Notes: generated by a model from the letters alone, not told the origin. A stretch of 58,316 bases of DNA, filler included, from Sphacelaria rigidula (GCA_964200075.2; 8 parts of 8 records of this genome joined end to end with filler, not necessarily neighbours in it); one strand, 5' to 3'; positions 1 through 13,090 are shown, numbered from the whole stretch's first letter. Numbers and translations are program-made.

Positions 1-55
<55 letters not shown>

Positions 56-136
56 TTTTTGTGTGGGGGGGGGGGTCGGGAACTTGTCTACATAGCCTCG
101 GAAACGAAGGCTATATATTTTTCTGAGGCTTGTAAT

Positions 137-460
137 GTACCCCAGTTATTCTAATGTTCCAACTGACATGGTTGGGATCGAAAAAATAAAAACGTGGGTT
201 CGCTTCCCGCCAGATGGATTCGTTTTTTCCCCTTCGGTATCTGATTTTTTTCCCATCGTTGAAAGCGTCGTGAGGACGTACGTGAGGACGTACGCGAGTA
301 GCAAGAAGAGTTTGTTTGACGCGAATCGACACGCTGCGGGCGTGCTGGTCACTATTCAATCCGCGAGACAAGAATGCAAGGCGTGCCCAGTACCAAGAAA
401 GAGATTGGTTGATCCCATGAGACCACGGAGTCGCCCCGAGGACGAGGAGGGGTTCAATAT
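137..460 (+). mobile_element. SINE family B copy (diverged)
   Basis: Aligns by eye with 28527-28820 and 52292-52590 (ccatcgttgaaagcgt...gagtttgtttgacg...gcgggcgtgctg...aatccgcgagac...tgcaaggcgtg). Confidence 0.7.
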
Positions 461-589
461 GTTGAATGATGCGATAATATCCTCGTCCCCTCTGCCCCCC
501 CCCCCCCCCCCTCCCTCCCCCCGTGCCCTCACTTCTGCATCTCTATCGACGCATCGCTGTCGTGTTCGCCTGGTGCGGGGCCACCAAAG

Positions 590-772
590 GTGAGCTTGAC
601 GTACGCTATCATCAACCCGTTCATCCTGGTGCTCAGCCTGCCCTACTTCTGCGCGTGCCACTGCACGTACAAGCACCAGATGCTGTTCGTCTACGAACCC
701 CTGTACGAGACAGGAGGCGTTTTCTTCCCCAAGATATTCCGGCGTTTCATCTTCGCAACCATTATTGCGCAG
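590..772 (+). CDS. OSCA/TMEM63 (CSC1/ERD4-like) calcium-permeable channel, internal exon (VSLTYAIINPFILVLSLPYF...YKHQMLFVYEPLYETGGVFFPKIFRRFIFATIIAQ)
   Basis: Matches the RSN1_7TM signature (Y-x-x-I-x-P ... YKHQxLxVYxxxYETGGxxxP). AAG| acceptor at 589, CAG|GT donor at 772, 183 nt, phase 0/0. Confidence 0.9.
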
Positions 773-910
773 GTATTTTATATATATATTCTTTTTTTCT
801 CGTGGAGAAGAGCAAATCGTTGTTTTTTTTGCGACTGGAACTAAAAGGCCAAAGTGAATATGTGGACGTTTATATGCGCCCTGTGGGTTGTGTAGCACGT
901 TGGGCTCCTT

Positions 911-969
<59 letters not shown>

Positions 970-990
970 AGTGGTGGTGGTGGTGGTGGT
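911..990 (+). repeat. (GTT)n/(GGT)n microsatellite in OSCA intron
   Basis: Directly visible. Confidence 0.95.
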
Positions 991-1330
991 GTCGTGGTTG
1001 GTGTTGTGGTTCTTGTCCTTGTCGTCGTCGTCCTCGTTGTTGTTGTTATTGTCGTTGTGTACGTATATTAAATGAACACGGCAATAGTTTTTGAGAAAGT
1101 GAGCGCCTAGCTTCGTGCAGTATTACAAGTTGACTTCCGAGTATCGCCATTATTCTCTATTAGCCGCGTGTTCATACGTCTCTCCGCCGGAAGCTTGCGG
1201 TGGAGAGGTTCGTGTGCAGTACGCAGTATTCATGATTTCGCGTGTTAATGCTCGTGTCGTGAACATATTTACTCGAAGTATCTACATATACCCACCTCTT
1301 GGCTGTGTTTTTTTTTGTCCATTCGATCAG

Positions 1331-1480
1331 GCTACCATGGTTGGCGTACTCCTGCTGAAAGAAGCGTACTACCAAGCCGCGTTTGTTTTCGCCTTGATTA
1401 TTCTGACGTGGTGCTCCAAGTCTTCGCTTCGAGGATCCTTCGAGCCGGCGGCTCTATCTTTACCGCTCGAGATCGCAAAG
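1331..1480 (+). CDS. OSCA/TMEM63 internal exon (ATMVGVLLLKEAYYQAAFVFALIILTW...FEPAALSLPLEIAK)
   Basis: T-rich tract and CAG acceptor, AAG|GTAAG donor, 150 nt phase 0/0. Encodes the last TM helices and the typical F-x-P...LPL motif, in frame with the previous exon. Confidence 0.9.
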
Positions 1481-2936
1481 GTAAGATGAACCTCGTGTGA
1501 GATTTCCTCCGTGAGGGATAATATGTCGAGCTTCTACCCAGAATGTTGAGAGTGCGCCAACTGCTATGATTGGGTTCTCTTCTGCTACTACTATGATACT
1601 TCGTGGCAAGGGGGTATGCGCGCATGGTCATGTTGTCGAGTTACATCTTCACTCACAAGAGTTGTGGCACCTAGTAACGTCGTCTGGACTAATGCCGCCA
1701 CAGACCTCCCATCAGGAAAGTGGCTGGTCTGAAGAGGTAAAATTTACATGTAAATCAAGATGGCAAAAAGCCGAGCATACCAAGCAGTGGGGTCTCCCAA
1801 GCTTGGAGATGTTTTTTGCCAATGTCGCCCATATGACACGCTTCATGCCGTTTGGAACCAGCTATCATGCGCTGTGTAGTATGACCATTTTGTTCGTGCC
1901 AGGTTTGGGGCTAGTGTGGGGGGAGGGCTATTGCGGCATGACTCTCTGGCGGTGTGTAAAGAAGTACTTCGCATACAACACTTTTGTACCGAGTGATGCT
2001 ACGGTGGGCGTGCACTAATATCTTCTGAGGTTGGAATTGTTAGGAGCCCTTTACCTCATCCAAAGCACGACTTATGAAATATGTGAGTACGCCAGGATTA
2101 CCATTCCAACGTGCTAGGAATAAGCATCCCGAAAGACGTGCAAACGGGGATGCCCTGACCCATATTCTTGTGCATCTGGAATCGTTCGGAGTCCGTGAAC
2201 CAGACAGGATTTTGCTTAAAAAGTGCACCCCTACCGTAGCATTGCTTTACGTATCCCTCCCCAGCCATCGCTGCTGCTTATGAACTCGCAAAGACATACA
2301 TGGATATCTTGATATATGTACGGATATATGTGTACATCAGATACCACTCCCAAAAGTTAGGAGAACACGAAGTGTAATGCGTAGCTTTTCCCGCCAGTCA
2401 GTGCTTGTCTCGTGTTGAAGTAAATTTTGAAGAAGAGCGCAAACGCTTCATGCCCAACGCAGCAAGAAAAAAAGCGTTCCCGCTTCACGCCGTGCACGCA
2501 CAACAGGAAGGGCTTACGGGATAGCCAACAGTGGAGGACAGAAATACAGGGAGTGCCGTCCAGAAATAGCCACGCAAAATAATACTGTACTACGAGCTGG
2601 GTCAGTCGTGAAACGTACAATCCCTCGGCACATGACAACTTTATTCAGTTGCCCGGAACAGACCAATTCAAGCATGTCACTGTGAACTACAGACCAGTCT
2701 GGCCATGCACGCTCTACCGCTAAAAAGAGGAAGAGAATAATGTTCTGCACAGTGTATGACCTCTCAACGACGGAAAAAGATTCTGCAAAAAAAAAAAGAT
2801 GATATGTCGGGATTCGAAATCGTGACTACCGCCACTGGAGTCTCTCGTATCACTTAGATTACAGGGGTGCACCGGTATCACAAAGAAAGAGTTTCAAGTA
2901 ATTTACGGACGAATCATTAATTCGTCCGACCCTTGA

Positions 2937-2971
<35 letters not shown>

Positions 2972-2989
2972 ATCTCACATTAACCGACA

Positions 2990-3690
2990 CCGTGTCTTGA
3001 TGAAGACAAAATCGGCTCAAACGAGTTCGTGCAGCGGAACTGATTCAGTTCGCTTTGCTGTGTTTGGATCCGAGCGAATCTGCACGATTTGAATCGTAAA
3101 GGCTAAACAATACGTGAAGCTGTACTTCTTTACTTTTATTCAATATACAGTACAGTACAGACTGTACAACAGTGGCGGCCTGTACTGCTGTGTAGATGGT
3201 GTGTGTTTCGCACAGCATGCAGGTGCGATGTGGAAAAGAAGCGGGCAACGCGACATACAGACAGCACAGCTTTCTGACTCTCTGCATTCGTACAGGAGCA
3301 TGCGAAGCAGATTTGAACCACGTGCAGTTTTGCACCGCCTCTACTGTCCATGAGCACGTTGGCATTTCGATCGCCCACCCCAACACGCAACTCCGTCGGT
3401 GGACCCTGCCACAAAAAAGTTATTTGCCCAAGTTTTCGCCAACAAAAAGAAACATAGTATGCCAAAAGAGTGGGGGTGTCGGTTTCCTATCACTGCAGTG
3501 TATGTATCCCTGTGCTCAGTTCGTGATCTATGCCGCAGGGTTGAGTAGGTAGCTGCGAATGAACCATGTGGGTTTTGCGTAACTCTGTGAAAGGGTAGTA
3601 TCTGGCGTGGTTGTCTGCAACACAGGAGTTACGTACCCCTTCGTCCATTTCCCCGCTCGTTTCGCTCGAAAAAGCTAAGCTTTTCTGTTC
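2990..3690 (+). repeat. Diverged interspersed repeat shared with ~25797-26425
   Basis: Colinear blocks: ccgtgtctt, gcgaatYtgca, aagaagcRggcaacg, acgtgcagYtttgYacYgcct, tcgccaacaaaaa, actgcagtgtRtgtatc, cgtgatctatgcYgcag, gtatctggcgtgg, tttcgMtcgaaaa. Confidence 0.7.
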
Positions 3691-3974
3691 TTGACCCTGC
3701 CCGTCGCGCGCAACTAATTATAAAATGGACTTGAAGCCATCTGAAAACACGAATGCCGTGGACGTATCTGATACGGCCTCGTAGTGACCAATTCGATTCG
3801 ACCGCATTTTTTCGAGTTGAATTTTTTTATTCAAGACACGACCTGGTTGCAGCAATCCAGCCCGTGGTCAGGAGCAGCAACGAAAAAAAACACAAGAGTA
3901 AAAAAGAAAGAAGGAAACAAACAGAAAAAGACAGAAGCAACAGCCACAGAAAGGAAAGAAGAAAGGAAGCAGCG

Positions 3975-4016
<42 letters not shown>

Positions 4017-4020
4017 GCAA
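3975..4020 (+). repeat. (CAA)n microsatellite
   Basis: Directly visible. Confidence 0.95.
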
Positions 4021-4139
4021 TAACAAAACACACAAACACAAACATAAACATAAACAGCACAAGATGATTATCTCGCATTACGTAGCACACTGTACTGTAA
4101 TGTTTCACATCTTGAACCGCCTTTCCGTTAACCCCACAG

Positions 4140-4325
4140 GTGTTGGACGACGTTGAGGAACCTCTTCGACCGGTGCGCCACGACATTGAAAGCGTCGGTG
4201 CCGGAGATGCACGCACCGCTTACCTGCAGCCTAGCCTAAAGGCGGAGCCATTGGCTCGCCCAGAATTAGACCGAGATCATCCCGCGAATATCGACTTCGA
4301 GCGCTACAGGGGGAGGGTGTGTTGA
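4140..4325 (+). CDS. OSCA/TMEM63 terminal exon (VLDDVEEP...AYLQPSLKAE...GRVC*)
   Basis: CACAG acceptor, phase 0. LD...AYLQPSL resembles the usual OSCA C-terminal tail. TGA ends at 4325. Confidence 0.8.
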   Translation: MLDDVEEPLRPVRHDIESVGAGDARTAYLQPSLKAEPLARPELDRDHPANIDFERYRGRVC

Positions 4326-5197
4326 CTGACTGATGGGAGGGACAAGCAAACAAGAATGAGAAATATTGTTATTATTGAGACTAATATTGTTTTGTTGCGA
4401 AGGTGCCTTGTCTCCATTGTTTTGTTTCTTGTTGTCCAACAGATTTTGTACCCTCCTGCTGTGTGATGTTAGTTAGTCTCAACTGTATGGTGTATGAAGT
4501 ACGTACGCATGTGCAGATGTTGTGTCCGGGCGTATGTTTGTTTTGGTTGTTCCGTGGCTGTTCTCGTGTTTGTGTGGTGACGTCGCTTTTTTTTATTTCT
4601 TTTTTTATTGAATCGATGGATGACTGAAATGGAATGTCCTCTTCCCTGCATGCACCAAGTATAAAGATTCCCGAATGCTTGGCAGTGTTAGTCCGCGGGT
4701 TGAGACTTGGGAACAAACACAGCTGCACTTGCATTGAAACTGGGCGGCAATAATGTGTGTTCCAAGCACTTTTAGTGAGTCGTAGGATTCGTGAGTCGTC
4801 TGGCCGCGGTTTTTTTTCTCGTGTGTACGAATCATGATCTACTCGGCAATTGCCATTCATTCGTGGACATTATTCGTGCATAACGTGCGGAATATTGTGC
4901 TGCTGTGTCGAGTTCATAGCTCCCTGCGGCGCTGGGCGCCGGTCAGGTGGAGTAGCTCAGACTTTGTCCTTTGATCTCTCTGATCCGCGGTCATTGGTTC
5001 TTTTCGAAACAATGGGTCTGAGAATCCTCTTCTTTCTGGTTATTTTGGACGAATCGTAGTTTGTCGCACCTGCGAAACACTGTCGATCAAAATAGCAGCA
5101 AAGAAATACCGGATGTGTACGGTACAAGAGGCTCGGGATCATTGTTTTGCACCACGAAGGGTGTAAAGGTTGTGGGTGTGTGGTGCCACATGCATGG

Positions 5198-5498
5198 AAC
5201 AATGTTTTCGTGAGATGGAGAGTAGAGGATACGATTGAGAGTGCAAAGCGGTCAATTAGTGAATGAATCCTTCCAGTTCCGAAATGCCCCTCCACAAGGC
5301 CCAACATGCCTTCTGTAGTAGCTTGCCACTAAGACCCTTGAAATTCCTGAGTGGGATATCGACGTGTAGCTGTAAGCACACGCCAGTGATGGAGGCAAAG
5401 AAAAGCACACATGGAACGAAAAAAATGGCTGAGGTAAAGCGAATGATCAAAGCCACTCTCAATCAGCGCTCTACTCTCGAACTCACGAAAACGTTGTT
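5198..5498 (-). mobile_element. MITE family C copy (same family as 12781-13090, opposite orientation)
   Basis: TIRs aacaatgttttcgtgagatggagagtaga / tctactctcgaactcacgaaaacgttgtt. The interior is the reverse complement of 12830-13045. Confidence 0.85.
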
Positions 5499-6796
5499 AT
5501 ACGTGTATGTCTGCTTTTGGTGGTATTCAAACAGAACGTCATTTCGCTACACATTAGATTATCACACCGCGCCCAACTCGTGCTGAACACACAATTATCA
5601 TTTTGGTGCGTTGTGAGCGTGTGCATGGCGTAGTTTTGTCTAGTTCTCCAGGTGTGCTCTGAAATCGTTTCTGATGTAGGACAGGAAATGTTATGCTCCG
5701 TTTGTGAAAAGGTGGTTTCCCCGAGAACCTTCGGGGGAATTTTCCCCGGCTTCTGTGTGGTCGTATCCACACCACCCCCCCCTCTTCAGAAGCCTCTTCG
5801 TTCTTTCTGTGACGAAGAGAGGTTCGTAGAGGTAACTTTTTTCGTCGGCTAGCGGTGAGGATTTTTGTGCACCTCTTCTCTTCACATACCTTCTGTGTCT
5901 GCTAAGTTGCCAAGCCAACAATTTCGACAGAAGACTCTCCTGTGAGCTTGTGAACTCTGCTTGGTATTATTACCCGCCAGTTGTCTGATCCCCCACCAAT
6001 TTCACAGCTTTTAGTTGCATGCTCACCTTCGGGTAGATTTGTACTTTCGTTCCCTTGGTGTGAGCCGGAATTCGACTTCAGGGCCTCATCATCATGATGA
6101 AGCGTACAGATTTATCTCGCTGGTGTCGCCGACTGTGAAAAGCGCACAAGGACACACTCACGGCATGCTTCCAGGCTGGTTCAGGGTGAACGGCCGGAAT
6201 TTACTCTCCAGCACTTGGTAACGCCGTTTTTTAGAGTCTAGATCAAACAGACACCGCCTCCTGGGACCCCGGATATCTGGCGAAAAAAAAAGAACCCAAA
6301 ACCTCTTTCATGTGGCCTTTCTAAATATATCAGAGGACCCAAGTGCGGAATTCGCGGGTCGAACTCGAGAAAACGGTGTGAACAATCGTCCGTATGTGCG
6401 TCGAAGTATATTACACATGTACGCGGAATCCGCCTAATTACTTGCATGCTATTATCGACGTTTTACTTGTTCCCTTGAGCTTAAATCGACCGTTTGGGAT
6501 CAGTTTTTGGAGCTACGCAACGAAAGCTTGCACAAACGTTCCTTGGACTACCTCGGGACGGATCAACTCAGAATTTTCTGCTTCAAGAATCTGCACCGGC
6601 TTCTAGGGGTCTTCACGCGGGGACACCGGAAGTCGGGAGAGCATGTGAAAATTGAAACACCTTACACGTTATGGACGAGCTAGGAGCACTTGAGACTGGC
6701 AGCTCCATCAAAATCCGAATATTGGTATTCAGTCTGAAATGAAGTGAAACCAAATATCGACCATTGTGTACGATCAATTGGTGAGGTCAACTGGCG

Positions 6797-7000
6797 CAGC
6801 CGGTCGCCACGGTGGCTCAGTTTGTAACCTCGAAACCTTCTGACCGTTGCGTCGTGGGTTCGGATCTCGGCGCAGTCACACAAACTGGGATTTTTTCTCA
6901 CACCACGCCCAACAGCCGAGACCAACCATGTCGTGGGTACACACAATTGGACTCCACGATCGACGAGGGAAAGGGACCGCTGAATCCCTCTCGCGATGAA
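6797..7000 (+). mobile_element. tRNA-derived SINE family A copy
   Basis: A-box-like GGTGGCTCAGTT and B-box-like GGTTCGGATC, followed by a body shared with 7640-7880 (-) and 14607-14917 (+). Confidence 0.75.
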
Positions 7001-7044
7001 GAATACGGCTGAGAACACGGGCTGTTGCATTTTTTTCTCCCCTC

Positions 7045-7200
7045 ACACTTTGAATCCCTCCCCTTCCTCGCGGGACATCCCGCGGTGTCGAGTGATCAAC
7101 CCATCTCTCCCCCGGTACGCACCTTTCATTTTGGTCTCGTGGATTGGGTCAGCACTCCCGCACCGCGTCAACTCACGTCACACAAACTTAGTCGAATACT
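7045..7200 (-). mobile_element. SINE family B 3' part
   Basis: Contains the core ggattgggtcagcactcccgcaccgcgtcaactc, shared with five other copies. Confidence 0.75.
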
Positions 7201-7203
7201 TTG

Positions 7204-7303
7204 NNNNNNNNNNNNNNNNNNNNNNNNNNNNNNNNNNNNNNNNNNNNTTAATTAATTAANNNNNNNNNNNNNNNNNNNNNNNNNNNNNNNNNNNNNNNNN
7301 NNN
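7204..7303. other. Artificial contig spacer; also at 14507-14606, 21809-21908, 29111-29210, 36413-36512, 43715-43814, 51016-51115
   Basis: Seven identical 100-nt N/TTAATTAATTAA/N linkers (stops in all six frames) separating contigs of near-identical, descending length. Confidence 0.98.
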
Positions 7304-7533
7304 AATTACACTAAAACCAAGTAATTTCCAGACGAATCATTGATTTGTCCGACCCTTGCAATTTAGCCGTGAAGTCGGGTAAGGGGGCAAATTTCGAGTA
7401 GTAACCGCTTGCGAGCTGTGCCGTGACGTTCCTCCTCCGCCGTGCTGACTCCTCCACAGCGGTACGTACCGTTACTGCGCGGCGTCAGCTGTCCGTCCTG
7501 GTTGTGTTGGCCCTTTTCCCACGACGGTTCCTT

Positions 7534-7535
<2 letters not shown>

Positions 7536-7622
<87 letters not shown>
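7536..7622 (+). repeat. (TG)n microsatellite
   Basis: Directly visible. Confidence 0.97.
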
Positions 7623-7627
<5 letters not shown>

Positions 7628-7639
7628 GTCGTGAAGGCA

Positions 7640-7880
7640 TTTATTCTGGACGCCGGTTTACACCTCTGCGGTGCTGGCTTTTTATTTTTTTATCGTGAGG
7701 AGGATTCGGTCGACCCTCTCCCTTTTTGACCGTAAAGTCGACTTTTGTGTACACACGACACAGTCGCTCTCCACTGGTGTGCATGATAAAAAAATTCCGG
7801 ATTGCTCCGATATTCGAACCCACGACCCAACCGACAGAGGGGATTGAGGTTATCAACTGTGCCACCGGAGCGACCGGCTG
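7640..7880 (-). mobile_element. tRNA-derived SINE family A, near full-length copy
   Basis: Reverse complement reads cagccggtcgctccggtggcacagttg...gtcgtgggttcgaat...gtacacaaaagtcgactttacggtc...cagaggtgtaaaccggcgtccagaataaa. Confidence 0.75.
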
Positions 7881-10862
7881 ACACGTGGGTGCACCGGGCC
7901 CACAGAAAGGGCCAATGATTATGAGTGGAAAGGTTTTTCGACCAACCAGAGTTTTCAAATGCACCAAAATGCGGGGACTTTTCTTGAATCAGATGAGAAA
8001 AAACAAAAACGAGGGTGGTATGAGTTGAAGAGTAGCTTTGATTGGCCCAGATATTGCGCCGCTGCGAGACAGACAGCTGCTACCATCAAGGATACGCAGC
8101 TCCGTGCTGGCTCAGTTTGTTGGACCCAACCTGCACGCACCCGCCGTGCGTGTCTTCCCCGATCGCAGCATCCGACTATGACGGAAGTACCAGAGAAGAT
8201 GCAACAGACTGTACAGCCATCACGTGACGATTGTTTCAATGTTTGGTTGAACACCACTTTGATCCCACCCCAATTGGGTGCAGACCGAAACACGTCATGA
8301 AGCAGCAACTGTTCAGTCACCTTCCAGCGCACATCGCACTACGATCGTCGTAGAGTGTTTAGATGCACAAAAGCACAGCAACAACTACAGCATAGAAATG
8401 ATGGGTTTGGGAAGCGCCTTGTTTGTTTGACTCGAAAGGAAACAGCCAACAAACCATGAATGTTTGAACAGTGTGTGTAGAGCAGCACTCCGTGCCGACA
8501 ACATCATTTTTCATGGAGACGAACGCACTGACAAAGTAACCCAGGCATTTCCAGCGGAGATCAAACCGTCTTTACAAAGACCTGAGACACAAAAGCTACA
8601 GCACACGAGACAGAGCATGAATGTGCTTGTGCTGCGGCACAGTGATACAGAACATGTCCCATGAGATAGTTGTTCCCCTGATATTGGGTGGGTCCTCAAT
8701 TTTCGCCGAGTGATGGTTTTGGTTTTCAAACGCTCGGCCACAATCGCGCTTCGCGCGAAAATATTACACGTAATTCGCTTTGCGTTACCCCTGTCTGTGG
8801 GAGGTGGACCTAAAGTTGTGTACAGGCGACCACGAGTAGTTGCACACGTTTCTCACATGTCTGCCCACCGGAAATCAAAGTAGATGAACAAGTCTCTCGT
8901 CGGACATTTGTTGCCTACAGGAGACTACGGTAATCGTGTACAGTAGTAGATGATTGAGTGTACTATTTTTATGGCTATCATACTTCGTTCCGCACGAAGC
9001 ACGTACACTTACTCGCAGCGCTGGGGAGACGACACAGCTCACTCGCAACGCTGTGGCAAATGACGACGGCGAAGAGGATCATCACGAACAAAAAGAGCGG
9101 ACATGAACTGTGCAGGATAATTGGCGTCCACAGACGCACTATTAGATTTCTACCAAGCCCTGCCAGTACTGATGGGCTTGGGATTTTCTTTCTTGGGGAG
9201 GTCTACCTGGGGATCATGGTTGGATCCGTTGCGGATCAGCTTATGTACGGTAATCGACCCACCAACGTTTTGCACTGTTTGTTCCATCCTGCCCTCGCTC
9301 GAGGAAGATCTTCGAAGCCGACACCCGTACAGGGAACAAACGCTCTGACTGTATACACACGCTTTGTATCGTGCAATAAATACGTTTGTACACACATACC
9401 GCGCTTGCCTTGTGGGCGCGTTGCCATGTTGTTAACGGACACATGGCATGACATGGTATCACAATTACGAAATACCGACTACAGTAAAGTATCATGCTTG
9501 TACCCCGCCTGTGCGGTAGTACCGACTGTTTCGTGATGTATCGTCAGCGTAACTTCGGCATCATGTGTCTCTCGGCAGGTGCCCTGTATCAGCGTTTGCA
9601 GAACATTCCTCGAAAAAATAGAGGTCGAAAGGAAATACGAAAAATGGGACTGGGAGCCTCGTGGACAGCCCGGTCTCTTCTCTGCGAACGAAGCAGGTCC
9701 GAAGTCTTTTGAATTCTATGGATTCGTCTGATGAAATGAGTCCTTTGATTCACTGCGACCGCCGCGCTAGCTGCAATGTACCCCTCCCTTCCGCCTTTAG
9801 CATAATCTATTCGGATTTACACGCGAGAGATGCCCGTTGGGAACGCCTCCGGGACCGGTATCCTTCTCTTCAGTGCCAACGATAGCGTACGGTAGACAAA
9901 ACGGGACAGTACACTACTACTACAACAGTCGTGTGTTTTTGTATTGTGTGAAGGGACAAAGAAGACCCCGAGCGAACGCTTTCAAAATCGAGAAAGAAAC
10001 AAAAAACGGATGAGGTATGATTTGAACCCACCTCGACATGGAGACTGCTGGTTATGATGCTGGAAACCTTGGCCATCGATATGCGCCCATCCTCCCCAAG
10101 CCCATTCACATCGCCTCCCCTTCCCCCCTTTCCCCCCCCACCAGCTGTAGCCGCAGCAGTTCGTTGCGCTACTCGGTCAAAACACAATAATCCGACCACA
10201 CATCCGAGATACCTCAGGCTTATTCTCCGCTTTTTTCCGCTGTTGCTACAGGTGATTGGCTTCGACCGCATACCCGGATCTCTTAGCTTGACGGTTGTAG
10301 TTGCTGCTGTACACTACAGCTACACTGCACTGTACTGTACAGTACTTGGCTGTATTACGCTGAGTAGTAATACTATACTGTACTGTGCTGTGCTGTAGTG
10401 CACGTACTGCAGCACTGTACAACAGCGCGAGGTGAGGTTGAGTTTGAGCTGGTCGGCGTGTAATGTTCCGAAATATCGTGGAACAACACAGACAGAGGCA
10501 AACCTCTTTTGGGCCTTGATTCAGGACACAACAAAAAACGGTTTTCAGGTATTTGGTCACATTATAGATTTCTCAGACCGGTCGGTGACGATAAGTTTCG
10601 GTGCATTGTCTGTCTTCGGGTGAATAATAAAATATTACGCACCACAAAATCTGCGATATTTCTATGCGGTCGCTCATTATGACTTCACGGCTGCTGCCAA
10701 GTGACGCCGCGGAGGGAGCGCCGACCAGCGGATGAAACTTTTAGAAACTAGATATGTATACTCATAGATATATCTAGCGACCAACAACATTCTGAAACAA
10801 GTAACAGTATACGATACATTATATTAATAAATTCATAGAGTAGGGCGTGTCCAATCAGGGTA

Positions 10863-12093
10863 CGAGCTGGGCCAGCCTAGAGGCGGATTTGAAGTTTGCA
10901 GGCCCATGCTCTTTTATACATTCAGAGTTGGGCACTGAAATTTGGTATGGACAGTGCATAGGGCATAACAAAAAAAATTACTGAAGTACCATTTTATTTT
11001 CATGAGTTAAGGGCAATAATCGGTTTTCAGGTATCATTAAAATGCCCTTAACTCATGAAAGAAAAAAAACATTTTGGCACTTACTTGAGTAATTTTTTTG
11101 TTATGCCCTATGCACTGTCCATACCAAATTTCAGGATCCAACTCTAAATGTTTAAAAGAGCATGGGCCTATCAAAAACCGGGTCGGTAGAAATTAGGAAC
11201 AGTATTTCGCAGGCCACTTACCGACCCACGTTTGGTTTTCATATATATATTGAAATTTGGTGTGGGCGCTCTCTACGGCATAATTAACAAAAAAACGTGG
11301 TTCAGGTTGACTTTTTTCATTTTTTTTCACTGGTTCAGGGCGTTCTACTATGGTCAGGACCAATTTTTCACGAGAACGTCCGAGCCTCTATGATAAAAAA
11401 AAAATGAAGGCCCAATTTTTTTTGTTCGGCACACTTTTTTTGTGGTTTCCCATGCTAACTTTTAAATCACATATCTAGAAATTGAGCTACAACAGTGCGG
11501 TAAGGCCTAAGAGCAACGTTCATTTTCCCTCCAAACTTCACTAAAAACACGAAAAACAATAAAATAAAAATGAGAAAAGGTAGCAAGCCGTTTTATTTTA
11601 TTTTGTTATGCACTAGCGGTCCACTACTACACGAAATTTTATCGAACAACCCAGAAAAAATGAGACGCAATGTCCAGATTAAGGGAATCTCGTGCCTCTG
11701 CTCGTAATATATTGATTTTAGTATGGAAACTTATGTGCGCCATATCTCGTGATAGATAACGAGTTAGAATTAGGTGAAGGTGAGGGTATCTATCGTCTCC
11801 CCTTGCTCCAGAGAATATTCACATCAAAATTCGTCGTCATCCGCTGAATGCATCGATCGGGGGTTTCATAGAGATTTTAGTATGGAAGCCACGTCCGTTA
11901 TGTTGTATTATAGGAATTACTAGACATGAGGTTTAATCAACGAGAAAATGTGGGCCCAAAGTTTTGATCAGATGGGCACATTCCCCTTGGTTAGACAATT
12001 AATACAGTATGCGGGTCACGGCCCAACTCGTCTGTGTCGATGATATATTATTGCTTTTAGAGCTTAAATCCGTTTTTAGGCTGGCCCAGCTCG
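10863..12093. mobile_element. Non-autonomous Tc1/mariner-type element (about 1.2 kb, AT-rich, no ORF)
   Basis: TA|CGAGCTGGGCCAGCCTA ... TAGGCTGGCCCAGCTCG|TA, extending to about 30 bp of imperfect TIR. TA target duplication. No ORF in the track. Confidence 0.85.
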
Positions 12094-12221
12094 TACTGTA
12101 CGCTATCTACAGTACAATATCATCGTAGTTTGTTTCAATCGAACGAGAAAGTGCGGCGGCGGCGAGTTGATTCGATCGAATCCGTTCGTTATTCCTATTT
12201 TTTTTAATAATTTTATTCGTC

Positions 12222-12350
12222 GCACTTTGAACCCTCCCCCTTCCTCGGGATGAGTGCATGGTCTCAAGGGATCGACTGATCTCTCCCCCGGGACACGCCT
12301 TGCATTTTGGCCTCGCGAATTGGGTCAGCACTCCCGCACCGCGTCAATTT
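12222..12350 (-). mobile_element. SINE family B 3' part
   Basis: gcactttgaaccctcccccttcctcggg...aattgggtcagcactcccgcaccgcgtcaa. Confidence 0.75.
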
Positions 12351-12780
12351 CGCCCCATTTCAGTCGAAAACTGACGAGCTTTCATCATAAATAATATAAA
12401 TCGTGTCTTCGGCCACCATTTATTTTTCAATCGAGAAAGAAAGTGCGGTGGGAATTAAGAACTAATTCCGATCTAATTGGTCGTGATTTCCGTCATCGTC
12501 AACGTAAATTACCACGATAATTCTTGGGGCTGTGAACTAGCTGCTCTGGCCGGTTAAGTTTAAACTGGCCGTGCCAGCGACCAGCACGTCGATATTTTCC
12601 CAGGTAGTCTAGTTGAAAACCCGATCTACCACTAATCGGTGTCTCCCTTTTCCACCGCACATCCGTTCGATCGAAATAATAATAATGTGGCACAAGAAGA
12701 CGTACACCCAGGCGTGCCTTCGTAAATAATGTAATATTTCGACTCGGGAAGTGGGGTGGAAAGCGAAAAAAACCACGCGC

Positions 12781-13090
12781 AACAGTGTTTTCGTGAGATT
12801 GAGAGTAGATGATACGATTGAGAGTGGCTTTGATCATTCGCTTTAAGTGAGTCATTTTTTTATTCCACGTGTGCTTTTCTTTACCTCCATCACTTGCGGG
12901 TGCTTACAGCTACTACACGTCGATATCCTACCCAGGGATATCAAGGGCCTCAGTGGCCAGCTATTATTATTGCAGAAAGCATGTTGGGCCTCGTGGAAGT
13001 GCATTTCGGAACTGAAACGATTCATTCACTGATTGACCGCTTTTCACTCTCAATCGTATCATCTACTCTCAATCTCACGAAAACACTGTT
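12781..13090 (+). mobile_element. MITE family C with long, essentially perfect TIRs (about 44 bp)
   Basis: aacagtgttttcgtgagattgagagtagatgatacgattgagag ... ctctcaatcgtatcatctactctcaatctcacgaaaacactgtt. Other copies at 5198-5498 and 13964-14225 (partial). Confidence 0.9.

Noticed and set aside
1..75. Poly-T and poly-G runs at contig ends (also 21909-21976, 36350-36390, 53260-53480)
   Set aside because: Homopolymers at assembly breakpoints. Their lengths are unreliable and the poly-Pro/Gly ORFs they create are artefacts.
523..1071. Poly-Val, poly-Gln, poly-Cys and CV-repeat ORFs (also 3753-4216, 7423-7729, 31115-31679)
   Set aside because: Translations of microsatellites in introns or intergenic DNA.
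4870..6740. Possible minus-strand exons convergent with OSCA
   Set aside because: Some AG/GT-bounded segments, but in-frame stops and no consistent model or recognisable domain.
6797..6880. Functional tRNA gene
   Set aside because: The acceptor stem and D-arm are degenerate, and the head is fused to a repeated body in three places, so a SINE is the better explanation.
7955..10271. Exon-like segments in contig 2 (e.g. 10031-10240 minus, ending at GAG|GTGGGT)
   Set aside because: No recognisable homology or linked splice model. Too weak to call.
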